Positions 10,568-23,951 of a DNA stretch of 64,000 nucleotides are shown here, one piece after another; the first letter of the stretch is position 1, and each line of letters begins with the position of its first letter. The notes beneath the pieces are model-generated. The model was not told the origin of the DNA and ran no database searches. It saw only the letters and a program-made list of their open reading frames with translations. This stretch comes from Owenia fusiformis (Eukaryota). A program made the position numbers and the translations under genes. The stretch is from assembly GCA_903813345.2 (NCBI GenBank), contig CAIIXF020000001.1, positions 42,780,001 through 42,844,000 of the forward strand, written 5' to 3'.

Positions 10568-12913
10568 ATGGATTTAAAGCGTAAGGCAATGGCAGGTGCA
10601 TTAGTGCCTGTGAAGAAATCTAGAATGGACCTAGTTTCCACCTCAGGAAGAGACAAAGGAGCACTCATGGAGACGGTATTTATTTTCATGTTTTTTTTCA
10701 TTTTCAATCATTCCAAAATACTGCTCTATAATTATTGGCTAAAACAATTTTTTCATGCTCTTCGTCAGTCCAAAAATTGATTTTTCTGAAAACGTTCAAA
10801 CATTCTTTCTAAATCATTCAGCCTACTTACATTGATCTTCATGGAGTCCATTATGGCAGCGTGTACAGTGGGGATCATAAAGAATTGCAAAAGCTATGAA
10901 AATTACATGCTGTCGCACATGTAATAAATTCTTACCTCAGTGTATTCAGTGCTGTTTTTTCTCCGTCTTAGAAAGTCCAAATATAGTGGAATTTGTGTCC
11001 CTAATGACAAATAAGAACTTCAAAAGTTGAATTGGATATTCACATATTATGCCGACTCTTCAAATGTTGAGGTGATTTTGTCGCCCGATTGCGCCGGAAC
11101 GGAGGATTGGCTCCCAGAATGCAACATGACACGTGCCAGCTTTCAAAATGCTGTTCCGCCATTTTGAAACCTGTCATGAGTAAATACGGTTAACTGATGT
11201 TGCATTCTGGGAGTCAACCGTCCTTGGATAACAAACATGGCGATTCATGAAAACATTCATTCGATTTGGTAGGGATTTATCCATTATTTGCAGGTATGAA
11301 GCTTTGGATTCATTTATTGTGCTACTTTAGTGAACAGGAATTATTTTTCTACCGCTTGGGAGAGTTTGAGACACGAAACTTGGAAATAAGCTCATTGTGA
11401 CAACTTGTGAACGTTGAGTTTTATTTTTGTCCCCCACTGTATTTATCAATTCCATAGCAAGTAACAGAAATACTTGAAAATCAATATAAATATCGAAGGA
11501 CAGTTCAGTTATTTTCTCAAAAGAATTTCACCTGACCCTGTGTTTGAGTGACATGCGGGTTTCAAGTATTGAACGAGGTTCAAGGTGAAAATGGCAGCTG
11601 TGTTAAACTTGTCTCCCTAAGTATGAACTTGTCCATTCTGTTCTGGCGATGTCACATTCTTAGAATCGCTCATTTATGGCCATTTAACAAAACATGCTCC
11701 AAATGCCAAAATCATGAATACGAATGCAATACATGCATTATACTGTATTTGTCTTTCATTTAGTGCTACTTAATTTGACGATTTTTATTTGTCAAATTCC
11801 TGGGGATTTTGGTGACTATTTAATTTGGCGATTTTTTTCAATTCGTCAAACTGCCAATTTAAAACACTTGTCAAATTAAAGACAAATACAGTATATGAAC
11901 TAATTGCCAGATAACCTTAAATGTAGTGTTTGTTGGGATAAGCTACTCTTAGGAGTTGCCAATTTCTAGATATATCCTTATAGGACGAATATCACAAACT
12001 AACGTAAAATCATTGTAAATATTTATTTTCATTGCAGGGGCCTCCAAGATCGTCAAATCTGTTTGCTCCAATCATGCATCTTACTGGACATCAAGGTGAC
12101 ATCTTTACTGCAAAGTTTAGTCCCGATGGCCAGACAATCGCATCTTCAGGCTTTGACAGACTTATATGTAAGCATGTCTTTATATATCATTCAGGGTAGG
12201 CCAAAAAGGAAGTTCATCCTTTATTTTCGAAATTTTTTTTTTAATAGTTCATTGATTTCAAAAATATGTGAACTCGTTATTTTCATTTTCTATAAAGACA
12301 CATTGTATGTGGTGCTGACATTATCGAGAAAGACAGAACTTTGTTGCATCTCTCTGACAAATTGTATGATATACCAGCCCCTAGTACTATTATTTCAGAC
12401 TTGACTATTATATTATTTCTTAAAATATCTTGTAATTGTAAAATGTCAATCCAGACCCTTAGTATACATGTTTATGAACTAAAGTTCTTAGATCTCATGC
12501 TGTTTTTCTGTCACATTTTCTTATATGTTGCATAAAATGTATTGATTTTGGGCCTCACATGAAAGATTTTACTTATTTAGTCTTAGAATTGAACACTATA
12601 GTAACCAAAGTAGCATTATGAAATAATCAATATGTTGTCAAAATAAAACTATACTATGACTGTATATCAGGATATAAACATTTCCAAAAATATTAATATA
12701 TCCAAGGCACCCAACAAAACATTTTTATAATTAACACACATTAGTCATTATTTACTTTTGAGCATTATAAGGGATTCAAAATCTTACAAATGAAGCGTAA
12801 GATCTATATTTTCACAATGAGGTAAAAATGGCCCCCTGAACTTTCTGAACTGTATCTATTAATTGACATTGTAGTTTTTAGCTCACATGGTGAGCTTTTG
12901 CAATCGCTCACTT

Positions 12914-12944
<31 letters not shown>

Positions 12945-15900
12945 CGTCCGTCAACAATAGTGGCACGTTTTAAAACCTCTGTCGATAGGATTCCTGTTTT
13001 AAGTTATTTCTGTTCAACATCAATACAGAAAACTCCCCTATGACTCCTGGTTCAAAAGCTCGCCTATTTTCAAAATGGCCGCCATTTTTGTCTCGCGAAA
13101 TTCACTTTTGACTGGCACGTTTTAAAACCTCTGTCGATAGGATTCCTGTTTTAAGTTATTTCTGTTCAACATCAATACAGAAAACTCTCCTATGACTCCT
13201 GGTTCAAAAGCTCGCCTATTTTCAAAATGGCCGCCATTTTTGTCTCGCGAAACTCACTTTTGACCCATTTCCTAGCTTTACAAATAATTTCAGGTGTCCT
13301 ACATTGTAAAAATCTGTGTCATTGTAAAGAGTAGATATATGAAATAATTTTGTTACAAAAAATCAGCGAAAAATTATATCTATTTTTTTATTTTCAGCCA
13401 TTTTAGTTAACATTGATTTGTCCATCTGACTTGTGAAATCCACTTTTCCGTCAACAACAGTGGCACGTTTTAAAACCTCTGTCGATAGGATTCCTGTTTT
13501 AAGTTATTTCTGTTCAACATCAATACAGAAAACTCCCCTATGACTCCTGGCTTAAAAGCTCGCCTATTTTCAAAATGGCCGCCATTTTTGTCTCGCGAAA
13601 TTCACTTTTGACCCATTTCCTAGCTTTACAAATAATTTCAGGTGTCCTACATTGTAAAAATCTGTGTCAATGTAAAGAGTAGATATATGAAATAATTTTG
13701 TTACAAAAAATCAGCGAAAAATTATATCTATTTTTTTTATTTTCAGCCATTTTAGTTAACATTGACTTGTCAATCTGACTTGTGAAATCCACTTTTCCGT
13801 CAACAACAGTGGCACGTTTTAAAACCTCTGTCGATAGGATTCCTGTTTTAAGTTATTTCTGTTCAACAGAAAACTCCCCTATGACTCCTGGCTCAAAAGC
13901 TCGCCTATTTTCAAAATGGCAGCCATTTTTGTCTCGCGAAATTCACTTTTGACCTATTTCCTAGCTTTACAAATAATTTCAGCTGTCCTGCATTGTAAAA
14001 AGCCATGTCACTGTAAAGAGTAGTTGAATGAAATAATTTTGTTACAAAAAGTTGGCAAAATCAGCAAAAAATTATATCCATTTTTTTATTTTCAGCCATT
14101 TTAGTTAACATTGATTTGTCCATCTGGCTCGCAAAATCCACTTTTGGACCATTTGCCTTAAACCCTCTGTCGATAGGATTCCTGTTTTAAGTTAATTTTG
14201 TTCAACATCAATACAAAAAACTCTCCTATGACTCTTGGTTCAAAAGCTCACCTATTTTCAAAATGGTCACCATTCTTGTCTCGCGAAATTCACTTTTGGC
14301 CCATTTCCTAGCTTTACAAATAATTTCAGCTGTCCTGCATTGTAAAAAGCCATGTCACTGTAAAGAGTAGTTGAATGAAATAATTTTGTTACAAAAAGTT
14401 GGCAAAATATTATATCAGTTTTTTTATTTTCAGCCATTTTAGTTAACATTGATTCGTCCATCTGTCTCTCAGTCAGTCCAAAAAAGTGGCAAGTTTTAAA
14501 CCTCTGTCAACACACTTTTTAAATCCTCTGTAGATAGGATTCCCGATTTAAAATAATTTTGTTCAACATCAATAAAGAAAAAAAAACCTGTGACTCCTGC
14601 TTCAAAATCTCGCCTAATTTCAAAATTGCCACCATTTTTGTCTCGGGAAATTCACTTTTGGCCCATTTCCTAGCTTTACAAATAAGTTCAGGTGTCCTGC
14701 ATTGTAAAAAGCTATGTCTTTGTAAAGAGTAGTTGTATGAAATAATTATCCCATCGAACGAAGTTCAGAGGGATATAGGGAACGCCTCCGTCCGTCCGTA
14801 CGTCCGTCTGTCCATCCGTCCGGGCAATAACTCAAATACCGTTGGCCCGATTTTGTTCATATTTTGTACCCATATACCCTATGGGGGTAGAAGTTCTGCT
14901 CGAAAGCCAATTTTCTAAATGGCCGTTCATTTCAAAATGGCGGCCGTTTTAGTGACGATTTTACAGTAATTTAGGTGCAATATGTAAAACTGTAATAGTA
15001 ATATGTTTTAAATGTAAAAAAATTATAAAGGACATTAATAATGCTACAAAGTAGGTATTAAAAAAGCACATGGCAGCCATCTTGAAAAATGGCGGCCTTT
15101 ACTCGTCATTTAACGATTTTTGTTGTAACTCAAAAAATAGTGGAGCGATTTTGTTCATATTTGGTGTGTGAATACTATAAGCATTGCACACTGTCTAAAG
15201 ACACTTTTGGTAGAAGGCGGCCATTTTGAAAAATGGCCGCCATTTTTACGTATTTTACTATAACTCGAAAAGTAGTGGAGCGATTTTGTTCATAATTGGT
15301 ATGTGAATACTATAAGCATGGCACACTGTCCTATGACACTTTTGGTAGAAGGCGGCCATTTTGAAAACAATTTTGAAAAATGGCTGCCATTTTAACGTAT
15401 TTTACTATAACTCGAAAAGTAGTGGAGCGATTTTGTTCATATTTGGTATGTGAATACTATAAGCATGGTACACTGTCTATTTCTAATGACGCTTTTGGTA
15501 GAAGGTGGCCATTTTGAAAAATGGCCGCCATTTTAACGTATTTTACTATAACTCGAAAAGTAGTGGAGCGATTTTGTTCATATTTGATATGTGAATACTT
15601 TAAGCATGGCACATTGTCTAATAAAACTTTGGGGAGTAGTCGGCCATTTTGAAAAATGGCCACCATTTTTATGTGTGTTATTTTACAAGTACGTGTGCTA
15701 TTTTTTATGATATTTGTGCTTCGTTTGTAAAAATGCCAGCCATTTCTGTTGATGGGATTCGCTACGCTTTGGCGTTGCCGTTGTTCTGGTTTTGTCACAA
15801 AAAATCTGCAAAAAATTATACCCGTCTTCTTATTTTCACTTTTGAGCAACACCATGTGAGCCCAGTACCCACGGTACTCATTTTTATCCATGTGAACGCA

Positions 15901-18900
15901 AATGCTCGTAACTTAACTTGTAACGTGTCATTACAGATCTATGGAATGTGTATGGTGAATGTGACAACTACCATGTGATGAAAGGCCACGCAGGTGCTGT
16001 TATGCAACTAGACTACTCAGCTGATTCCACGTAAGTCTCACTCCCTAGATGCATACATTTTCACAGTTTATAAAAGTATAGTGTTCATGATAAAATAAAA
16101 TAAAAATTACCACATTTTAAAGGGCAACATCGTGAAATCTCTGCCAAAGTAAAAACTGGTCATTTACCCTGGACCAGTGCGGATAATGACCACTATGGTC
16201 TGGCAAATATGGATCCATTTATTGCTCAAATTGATATAGTAAAATATAAGCCTTCCAAACTGGTACTAAAACCCTGAGAACAATGTTATAAGGTTTTATA
16301 ATTATCATTACTATACAGATTGATTTATACTGATTTTGTTTTTTTCTTCATTTTGTTGTGCCATGGCCCATAAATAAATGACCGTTTCATAAAAAGAATT
16401 CTCAACTTAATTTTGAATCCCATTGCACAAAAGGGAAATTCAGAGAAACACAGTCATATAATGATGTAATGCTTGTAGGAATGTTTTCACCTGCTCCACA
16501 GACAAGACTGTTGCTATATGGGATGTTACTGTAGGTGAGAGGATAAAGCGTCATAAAGGACACACAAGTTTTGTTAACTGTCTCAATGTTGCCAGACGAG
16601 GCCCTCAGCTCATATGTAGTGGTAGTGACGATGGAACAATAAAGGTAATTAAATATGTCCTGTGAATTATCATTTTGAAATGGAGCTCTGAAAAACCACA
16701 AATGGTTCCTTCCTGTGAATTAACATTTTGAAATGGAGTTCTGAAAAACCACAAATGGTTCCTTCTTGTGAATTATTAACATTTTGAAATGGAGTTCTGA
16801 AAAACCACAAATGGTTCCTTCCTGTGAATTAAAATTTTGAAATGGAGTTCTGAAAAACCACAAATGCCTGTGAATTAACATTTTGAAATTGCAAATGGAG
16901 TTTTGAAAATTCTCAAATTGTTCCTTGAAATAAAAAATACATTGAATTTGATATTTATTATTAGAACTCATAATATTATAAAACACATTTTAATGTTTAT
17001 GTGTCTTATCCCATATTTACGTAATAAGAAAAAAAATTGTCCTGTACTTAAAATAGTGATGATTTTTATTTTTAGCTGTGGGACTCTAGAAAGAAGGGTA
17101 CACTGCAGACATTCCAAAACATGTACCAAGTCACTGCAGTTTCTTTTAGTGACACTGCAGAACAGATTATATCAGGGGGAATAGATAATGAAATGAAAGT
17201 AAGTCCTGTAGGAACTAGGCACTTTCCAAGTTTAGAGACAAGGTCTATATATCAGCATCTTGCCTGAAAGGGATAAATGTTATATTAAATTGTATAAACA
17301 TATTAACTGATTAAAAAGAAAGCAAAACATAAAATCAATAAATGTTCACCAATTCTTATTAATGCGGTTACTATCATTGTTATTTTTGTCTTTTAATTGT
17401 TGAACACAGGAACGTATTTATAACATTCATAGCACATATTATGGGGTGAAACACTGCTGCATGTACTTATATGTAATCTTTCTTCCTAACACATTGAGTA
17501 TTATTTAGTGAATGTATAGCTCGTATTTATTTTACTCTGTGTAATCATAAATAATAAAGTGAAAATTTAATTTATTACATTTAATTGATTTGTGATTTTC
17601 AGGTATGGGACTTAAGGAAAAATGACATACTTTATAAATTAAAAGGTCATGCTGACACAGTCACTGGTATGGAACTCAGTCCTGATGGTTCTTATCTTCT
17701 ATCCACTGGAATGGATAACACTGGTATGGAGGCTACGTAACAAATATATTTTAACTTAAAAACGGAGAATTAACTGTATGTCTGTATCACACCACTCAAT
17801 GTGTATTTTAAATGATTGCACAAGTACATTCAATAAGCATTATGTATACCAAAATTGTTATACACTACTTTGATATTTTTTCGACTCAACACAATACTGT
17901 TAGCTACAGATCATATCTTCGATTATGTCCTCGCCATAATTCCTACCCAATAAAGGCAACTTTTGCAGCCCAGCCATGTTTATATTTTTCCATAATCATG
18001 AATAGTACATAGAAAGATCTCCTCTCCTATTTTAGTTCGTATTTGGGATGTCCGTCCATTTGCCCCTCAGGAGAGATGTGTTAAGGTGTTCCAAGGTAAT
18101 CAGCATACATTTGAAAAGGTATGTAGTATTTATACTGGTGGTTGGTGTGTTTATGTTGATATGATTTTGATATTGCCAATTGAGCTAGAATTGAAATAGG
18201 AATCTCCTAAAGATGTCAGTGGATTCTTGCTATGACATAAACTTGAAAATGTAAATATTTCTATCTTTGATTGAATTGGCTTATAGATGGGGAAAATCGA
18301 ACTTGCTTTTAAAATTAGTTTAAAAATTTAATGGTGTATACTTTTATATATTATTTATTTTCAAATGTGGAATTCAGGAAACATGAAGTGAAGTTCAGTA
18401 CTTGCACCACTCAATAAAACCAAATTTGAAAATGTTTATTTTCCCCTTACTTGATTATTTCGAAAAAAACTATCTAAGGAAATTAACTTATCTCTTCCCT
18501 AACTGTTAATATTTTGACAAAATCCATCATTGAATATATTTTATAAAGTATTTATGCAAAACGATCACAGGCACAAGCTAATAATTAGGGGTGAGACGAC
18601 AACCCGATGAGTCGAGGACTCGCGGGTTTGGGGCTTTGAGTCGAGTCGAATCGAGTCGAAGTTGATGAATAGAATCATTTTCGAGTTGAGAAAAAAATTC
18701 GAAAAAATAAAAAAATTCAGAAAAATACTGTCAATATGCATGTTTTTACTCGATATTGCGTTGAATATATAAGTTTCAATGACTTGGATATGCTTGTATT
18801 AAATTATTATATTGTATGTACACATAAATGAAAGAATATATGTAATAAAATCAGAATAAACTTACGACGAATTGTGTTTGTTTATATTTCCGGCTTTCCA

Positions 18901-20143
18901 CCATTGACGCATTAAAAATACGAACGGTCAAAAGCGATGTTGTTCGCACTTTATCTAAAATGTATTATGTGTATACGCGACTCGAAACGGATTCGAAACT
19001 CGAATCGTCATTTTCTGACTCGAATCGGATTCGACTCGAATCGGATTTTTTCGACTCGTCTCACCCCTACTAATAATAAAGCTATTTGAGCTAGAAGATA
19101 TGATATGTATCCAAAACACATTTCTGGAGTATTTACTACGTTGTTTTTAATTATTTAAGAATCTCCTGCGGGTTGCATGGTCTCCAGATGGCAGCAAGAT
19201 AGCTGCTGGGTCAGGTGACAGATTCATGTATATCTGGGACACAACTACTAGAAGAATACTCTACAAACTTCCAGGCCACACTGGCTCTATCAATGAAGTG
19301 GACTTCCATCCTACTGAACCTATAGGTAAATCTTGTGTTTCCTTAAGTAGTACATGATCTTGTAATAAACCCCTCATTATATAGCCAATGGACGAGTAAT
19401 TGAAAGAATTTTGAAGATAATATGGAAAATTGTAAATTTTGGCCTCACTTTTCATTAAAATCCCGGGGTTTTATTTTGAGATCTGGTAGCAGGTTATTTT
19501 ACTAAATATACTAAATGCTAGTCAATTTATTCTCTCATTCGTGCTTATCAATTAGTTCTCTCAATCAATTTACCATGGGTGATATAATGAGTGGGCTTAA
19601 AAATACAAATGAAACATGTTCTATTGCAACTATTTCTGTTGTTCCCTTTACCTTAACGTTTGCTACTTTTGAAGGTCAATGTGAAAAGACCCATGTTAAG
19701 CTTCTTGAGACCACCTATGTACATCGATGGGAATCACTTAAACAGCATGGTATTTTAAGAGAGATACTACCTCTAATTATTGAAGATTTGAGATTGATGT
19801 TGATAAGATCTTAACATTCATATTAAGTGTTAATGAAGTTAATCTCTTGCAAAGGGACATGATACTTTATATTGTTATGGTCCTATAACAAAAAAAATTA
19901 CATCTTAGAAATTGAGGAGCAAGAAAAGTTGAAAGACCGGAAGAAAATTTTCTTCTTGCAGATATCTTTTATAACAAGGTTTTGAAAACGTCAGATATCA
20001 ATTTTGCTCAAAAATGACTAAAATATACAATGGCCCATTGTCTTAATATGCTATTTTTAATTCTTACAAATGGCTTTTTTCTTTTTTCAGTGCTTTCCTG
20101 CTCAAGTGACAAAAGTATATTTTTAGGAGAAATAGAGCTGTGA
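10568..20143 (+). CDS. SNRNP40: U5 snRNP 40 kDa WD40 protein (~347 aa); coding exons 10568-10675, 12038-12167, 15937-16030, 16479-16644, 17076-17198, 17603-17723, 18036-18118, 19160-19325, 20091-20143
   Basis: In-frame spliced product includes GPPRSSNLFAPIMHLTGHQGDIFTAKFSPDG...SSGFDRLIYLWNVYGECDNY...ARRGPQLICSGSDDGTIKLWD...VRIWDVRPFAPQERCVKVFQGNQHTFEKNLLRVAWSPDGSKIAAGSGDRFMYIWDTTTRRILYKLPGHTGSINEVDFHPTEPI...SCSSDKSIFLGEIEL*, which I recognise as SNRNP40/WDR57. All intron phases are compatible. Confidence 0.96.
10866..11439 (-). mobile_element. Tc1/mariner-like MITE copy B (574 bp), in SNRNP40 intron 1, inverted relative to copy A
   Basis: TA|CAGTGGGG...CCCCCACTG|TA; its reverse complement differs from copy A at ~13 positions with no indels (manual alignment). 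Confidence 0.88.
11741..11893. mobile_element. Short MITE with TACTGTATTTGTCTTT / AAAGACAAATACAGTA termini
   Basis: 16-bp perfect terminal inverted repeat; internal AATTTGRCGA repeats. Confidence 0.75.
12876..15885 (+). mobile_element. Non-autonomous Helentron/HINE-like element (outer) with ~350-bp tandem array, in SNRNP40 intron 2
   Basis: T-run, then subTIR GCTCACATGGT (12881-12891, part of a 5' palindrome), a (GTCY)n microsatellite at ~12914-12952 and ~5 units of ~350 bp. It ends with 3' subTIR ACCATGTGAGC (15851-15861), hairpin AGTACC-CAC-GGTACT and a T-run. Confidence 0.82.
14748..15789 (+). mobile_element. Second HINE-like element nested inside the first, with ~140-bp tandem array
   Basis: SubTIR ATCCCATC (14748) / GATGGGAT (15751), (CGTC)n microsatellite, 4-5 units of 135-147 bp and a 3' hairpin. 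It interrupts the outer repeat at GAAATAATT|TTGTcACAAAAAATC. Confidence 0.78.
16659..16905. repeat. ~53-bp tandem repeat (~4.5 copies) just after SNRNP40 exon 4
   Basis: CCTGTGAATTAACATTTTGAAATGGAGTTCTGAAAAACCACAAATGGTTCCTT repeated. Confidence 0.9.
18586..19069. mobile_element. hAT-like MITE with 8-bp TSD
   Basis: CTAATAAT|TAGGGGTGAGACGA ... TCGTCTCACCCCTA|CTAATAAT; subterminal TCGAGTCGA/GACTCGA repeats. Confidence 0.9.
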
Positions 20144-20972
20144 CACTAGATACACTGGGGACAATATTTGTTAGGGGACAGTGTTTACTTATTTGATAAA
20201 TGAAATCATTCTGTTCAGGCTGTAAAATTGCTTGAAAGTCAGAAGATGAATTTTTATTAAATGTAGCGTGCCATTCTAGATTTTTTCTCCTAGACTGGAA
20301 TGGAAATGTGTCTCTATGAACCAAAGAATGCAAGGCCCAAAGAATTGCCTTTGTATGAAATTTGCAATTCTCTCAGAAGCCACCTAGTGGCAAATGCTGG
20401 AACTCTTGAGTCCGGTAAATGGCCTATTGAATACAAAATCATGCAATCAAGTAAGTTTTACAGAAAAAATGGTATAATGGGAATAGTCATGAATTAATCA
20501 ATTCAGGAGAGGCTATTTGTAGAACAGGGGTTAATTTCAAAGGAACAATAGTAGGCTACAATACAAGTCTGATTTATTATGGATTAATGAAACAGTTGGA
20601 GACAATGACTCCCTCTATTCAGATTCCATGCACATTTTGAATTATTAATGCGAATTGGAAGTGTTGACTCGAGAAGCTGATACACTCACAGTGTAAGGCA
20701 TCGCCATTGTTGTAGGTTTTAGTGTTATTTATCACGATACACAGGACAAACATGCAATTAAGTATTTAGCAAATACTGAGGAGGTGTTAGAAAGGAACAA
20801 ATGAGCTTCACACATGGTTGAATATAGTACAATGTATTGTGATCAGGACTCTGTGTTCTACATATATGAGAATAATATTGAAATACATTTTTGTAATATA
20901 AAACAGAATGTTTGTATTTTTATACAGTACTTTTTGGGTTAATAGTAGTCAAATTAGTCTTGCATCAAGCTA

Positions 20973-21213
20973 CGGTAAAACCTGTAAAGTGAAACACCTG
21001 TAAGTGGAACACCTCTGTAAAGTGGAACACCTCTGTAAGTGGAACACCTCTGTAAAGTGAAACACCTCTGTAAGTGGAACACTTCCATAAATAGAACTCT
21101 GTAGAATTCCATGTCCAATTGACATAATGTTAAATGGACTTCATTAAGTGGAACATCTCCCAATTGGAATATTTAGAAGTACCAAAGGTGTTCCATTTCC
21201 ACAGGTTTTACTG
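20973..21213. mobile_element. TA-flanked MITE with CRGTAAAACCTG termini and internal GGAACACCTCTGTAA repeats
   Basis: TA|CGGTAAAACCTGT ... ACAGGTTTTACTG|TA. Related copies or remnants at ~1050-1240, 48286-48455, ~57300-57415 and ~63190-63263. Confidence 0.75.
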
Positions 21214-23951
21214 TATTGGTCATCCCCCTACCCCCCCCCCCCCCTACCCCTACTTATATATTTGACCCAACCCTGTGCTTTGAGAGACTATGGGTAGGTG
21301 CAACACAAGGGCTTGATGGTTTATGGTCAAATATATTGTGCTCCATTTTAGATCCTGAAGTAGTAACCCATCTTGGTAGCCATATATGGTTAGCAAATCC
21401 ATTTTCCAGCAATAATAATATAATAGCTTTTCAATCATATGAATATAATTCTTTCCATCTCTTCATAACTTTTCTCTTAGCTCTTGTGGTGCGAAACCAA
21501 CAGTCATTTTTTAATTTGCGATATTTTATAAAGCGAGCAATGTTGAGTATTCAATTGTATTCATATATGTGTAGATAATACCTATTAAACAGGAAATAGT
21601 GTAAATAGTTGTATTCTTCATTCTATATCCACGGAGTAAATGCCGTTCCCCACGAATGAAATCTGCACTATGCATTAGGTAGAAAGATTCAATATTATTT
21701 TTGATTCATTAATAAAATCCATCCTTGCTGTCTTAGTGATAATAATATTTTAGTATATATAATCCAAGCTACTAAAATTACATCTATCAACACTCCACGA
21801 GGCCATTGTACCATTGTCTGATAGCCTCTCCTTTCCAAATAAATGATACATGGAATATGTAATGTATATAATGTCCTCCTCCTAAGCGGGTATCCAGAAT
21901 CCGTACCTCCTTCGAAAGAATATATTCTGGATTTTGAAGTCCTGTGATCGGAGGATATGATGTGAGTACTTGTAATTGTAAAATACTGTTGTGGCATTGA
22001 TTCCCTCCATTAAATTGTACATACTTAGTATAGTCTTGATTCCTGAGTTGACAACACAACATACAATTGTTATAATATTAAATGTACATCCAAGAATGAT
22101 AATCCAAAACTTGTTGAGGATATATAGTGTATACCACATAAAATGTAACATTTTCCTGCAGTGTAGTTTGGATTTTGAAGACCATCAAACCATGCTCATG
22201 CATCCAATAATTTTGGGGGTTATTTACATTTTATCTGAAAGTGTTTTCGTTTTTTAGTTTGCTAGATTGCTTCAGGATTTCTTCTTTTTCTTAAGTTGAT
22301 TCGTGAAAAGTTGTTTATTTGTTGTCCAGCGCTCGACAATGGTTACCAAGGTAACAGTCACAAAAAAGAACATGGAGATGTAGAGACTGAATCCAAGTGT
22401 CTCACTAATCCTTACCCCAAGTGTCATTTCAGTAACCATGGTAACTCTCCTTATTAATCAAAAATAGATTTGATCGATGATGGTTTAAGTGAGTAACTGA
22501 CTTGAATTTTCCAAATGTATTTTGTTTCACTGTAGCTTTTTACGTTGATTTTCTTCTTAGATGCTTTCTTCTATTGAAGTCCTTTAATTGTTATAAATAG
22601 AGATAATCTGTGCTGAAATAATGATAAGTAAATGTTACTTGTGTATAATATTAGTCCTATGTCAGTATCATTGCCGTGACCTTCTCCCAAGAATCGCTGT
22701 AATTAGAAGTTGTTTCTTGCTTATGTGTATATATTAAGGAAATGTTAATTACGTCACAACTTCATGGATGAGTCAAGACTATTGGGATTTAATTGAGTTT
22801 CATGAATTATGAATAAGAAGTGCCTGCTGTGTGCAGTTGGATTGCTGAAATTGTCCCTGATGGTAATTAATAAATAATATGACAACTATAAGTTTTCATG
22901 AGTTTATTAATTCACGGAATCCACACAAGCATCTGTCTATCACTTATGATTTTACAGTATTGATGCTGATGAGTCTCAATGATCTTAAATGTAACTTTTA
23001 TGGCATTTTATTGGAGTTGGGTGTAAAATTAATGCCTGTTATTTTTTGTTAGAAAATGTAAAGCAGCGTGAACATATTTTGATTTAATTGATCTAGGTTT
23101 GACTGAAGGAATACACTGGTTTAACATTATGGGCTGGATGAAAATAGAATTTGCCTCATTTTCAGCCTATTAAAAGTAGATCTTTAATAAGCATGGCTTT
23201 TAAAATGATGCTAAATTGCGGTGGTACTTTAATTTTTTTTACACAGCATTTTGAAAATCTTGAACCAGTTGAAAAATATTATAGATTGCAGGAAACATAC
23301 AAGAAGAGAATGGGATTAACTAATCTACATTTTGCATGGTACCAGATATATAAAAAACCCTGCTTATAAAAATAGTTTGGAAATTATTACATTTCCATGT
23401 GGACCTGCCCAGGGAATTGTTGAATAATTTATATGGAGCAAAGGTAACCCTGATCCCAACTGGTGAGTCTCACTACCCTCTGATTACTACACACATGATT
23501 ATTAATATGATTTTAATGATCTTCAAAGTACCCAGCTGGTGGATATTAATGGGAGTCATGTGAAATTGTGCAATGTCAACAGGCTAATGTACTTATGGGC
23601 TCCAAATGGGGTGTATTAATTTTCTGCATATTTTTTATTCTATAGGTTATGATGGAATGTTTTAATTCAGAGAGTAAATAAGTGAGGCTTTTGCAAAGGG
23701 TACCTCATTTGGGAATTATATGAAAATACAACCATATTTTTGTTGATGGAAATACTTTATTGATAAAAATATTCAGTAAATTAAAAACATCATTTATTCT
23801 GGCATCTGATTTTTTACAGTTTTTTTACATCATTCAATGCCAGCAATAACGTTTTGACATGGCATCATCCTTCATGTCCTTGCTTTCCCGTGAAGTATTT
23901 GTGAAGGCAAGGGATCGTTGGTAATTGTATGTCATCCAGTATGTAGCATTG

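Noticed and set aside
10457..10780. 107-aa ORF
   Set aside because: Only 10568-10675 is SNRNP40 exon 1; the rest is promoter/UTR and intron.
14267..15978. Several 60-144-aa ORFs
   Set aside because: They lie in HINE tandem repeats or overlap an SNRNP40 exon out of frame, with no transposase or helicase motifs.
20990..21085. Short direct repeats GTGGAACACCTCTGTAA
   Set aside because: Internal repeats of a MITE, without spacers; not a CRISPR array.
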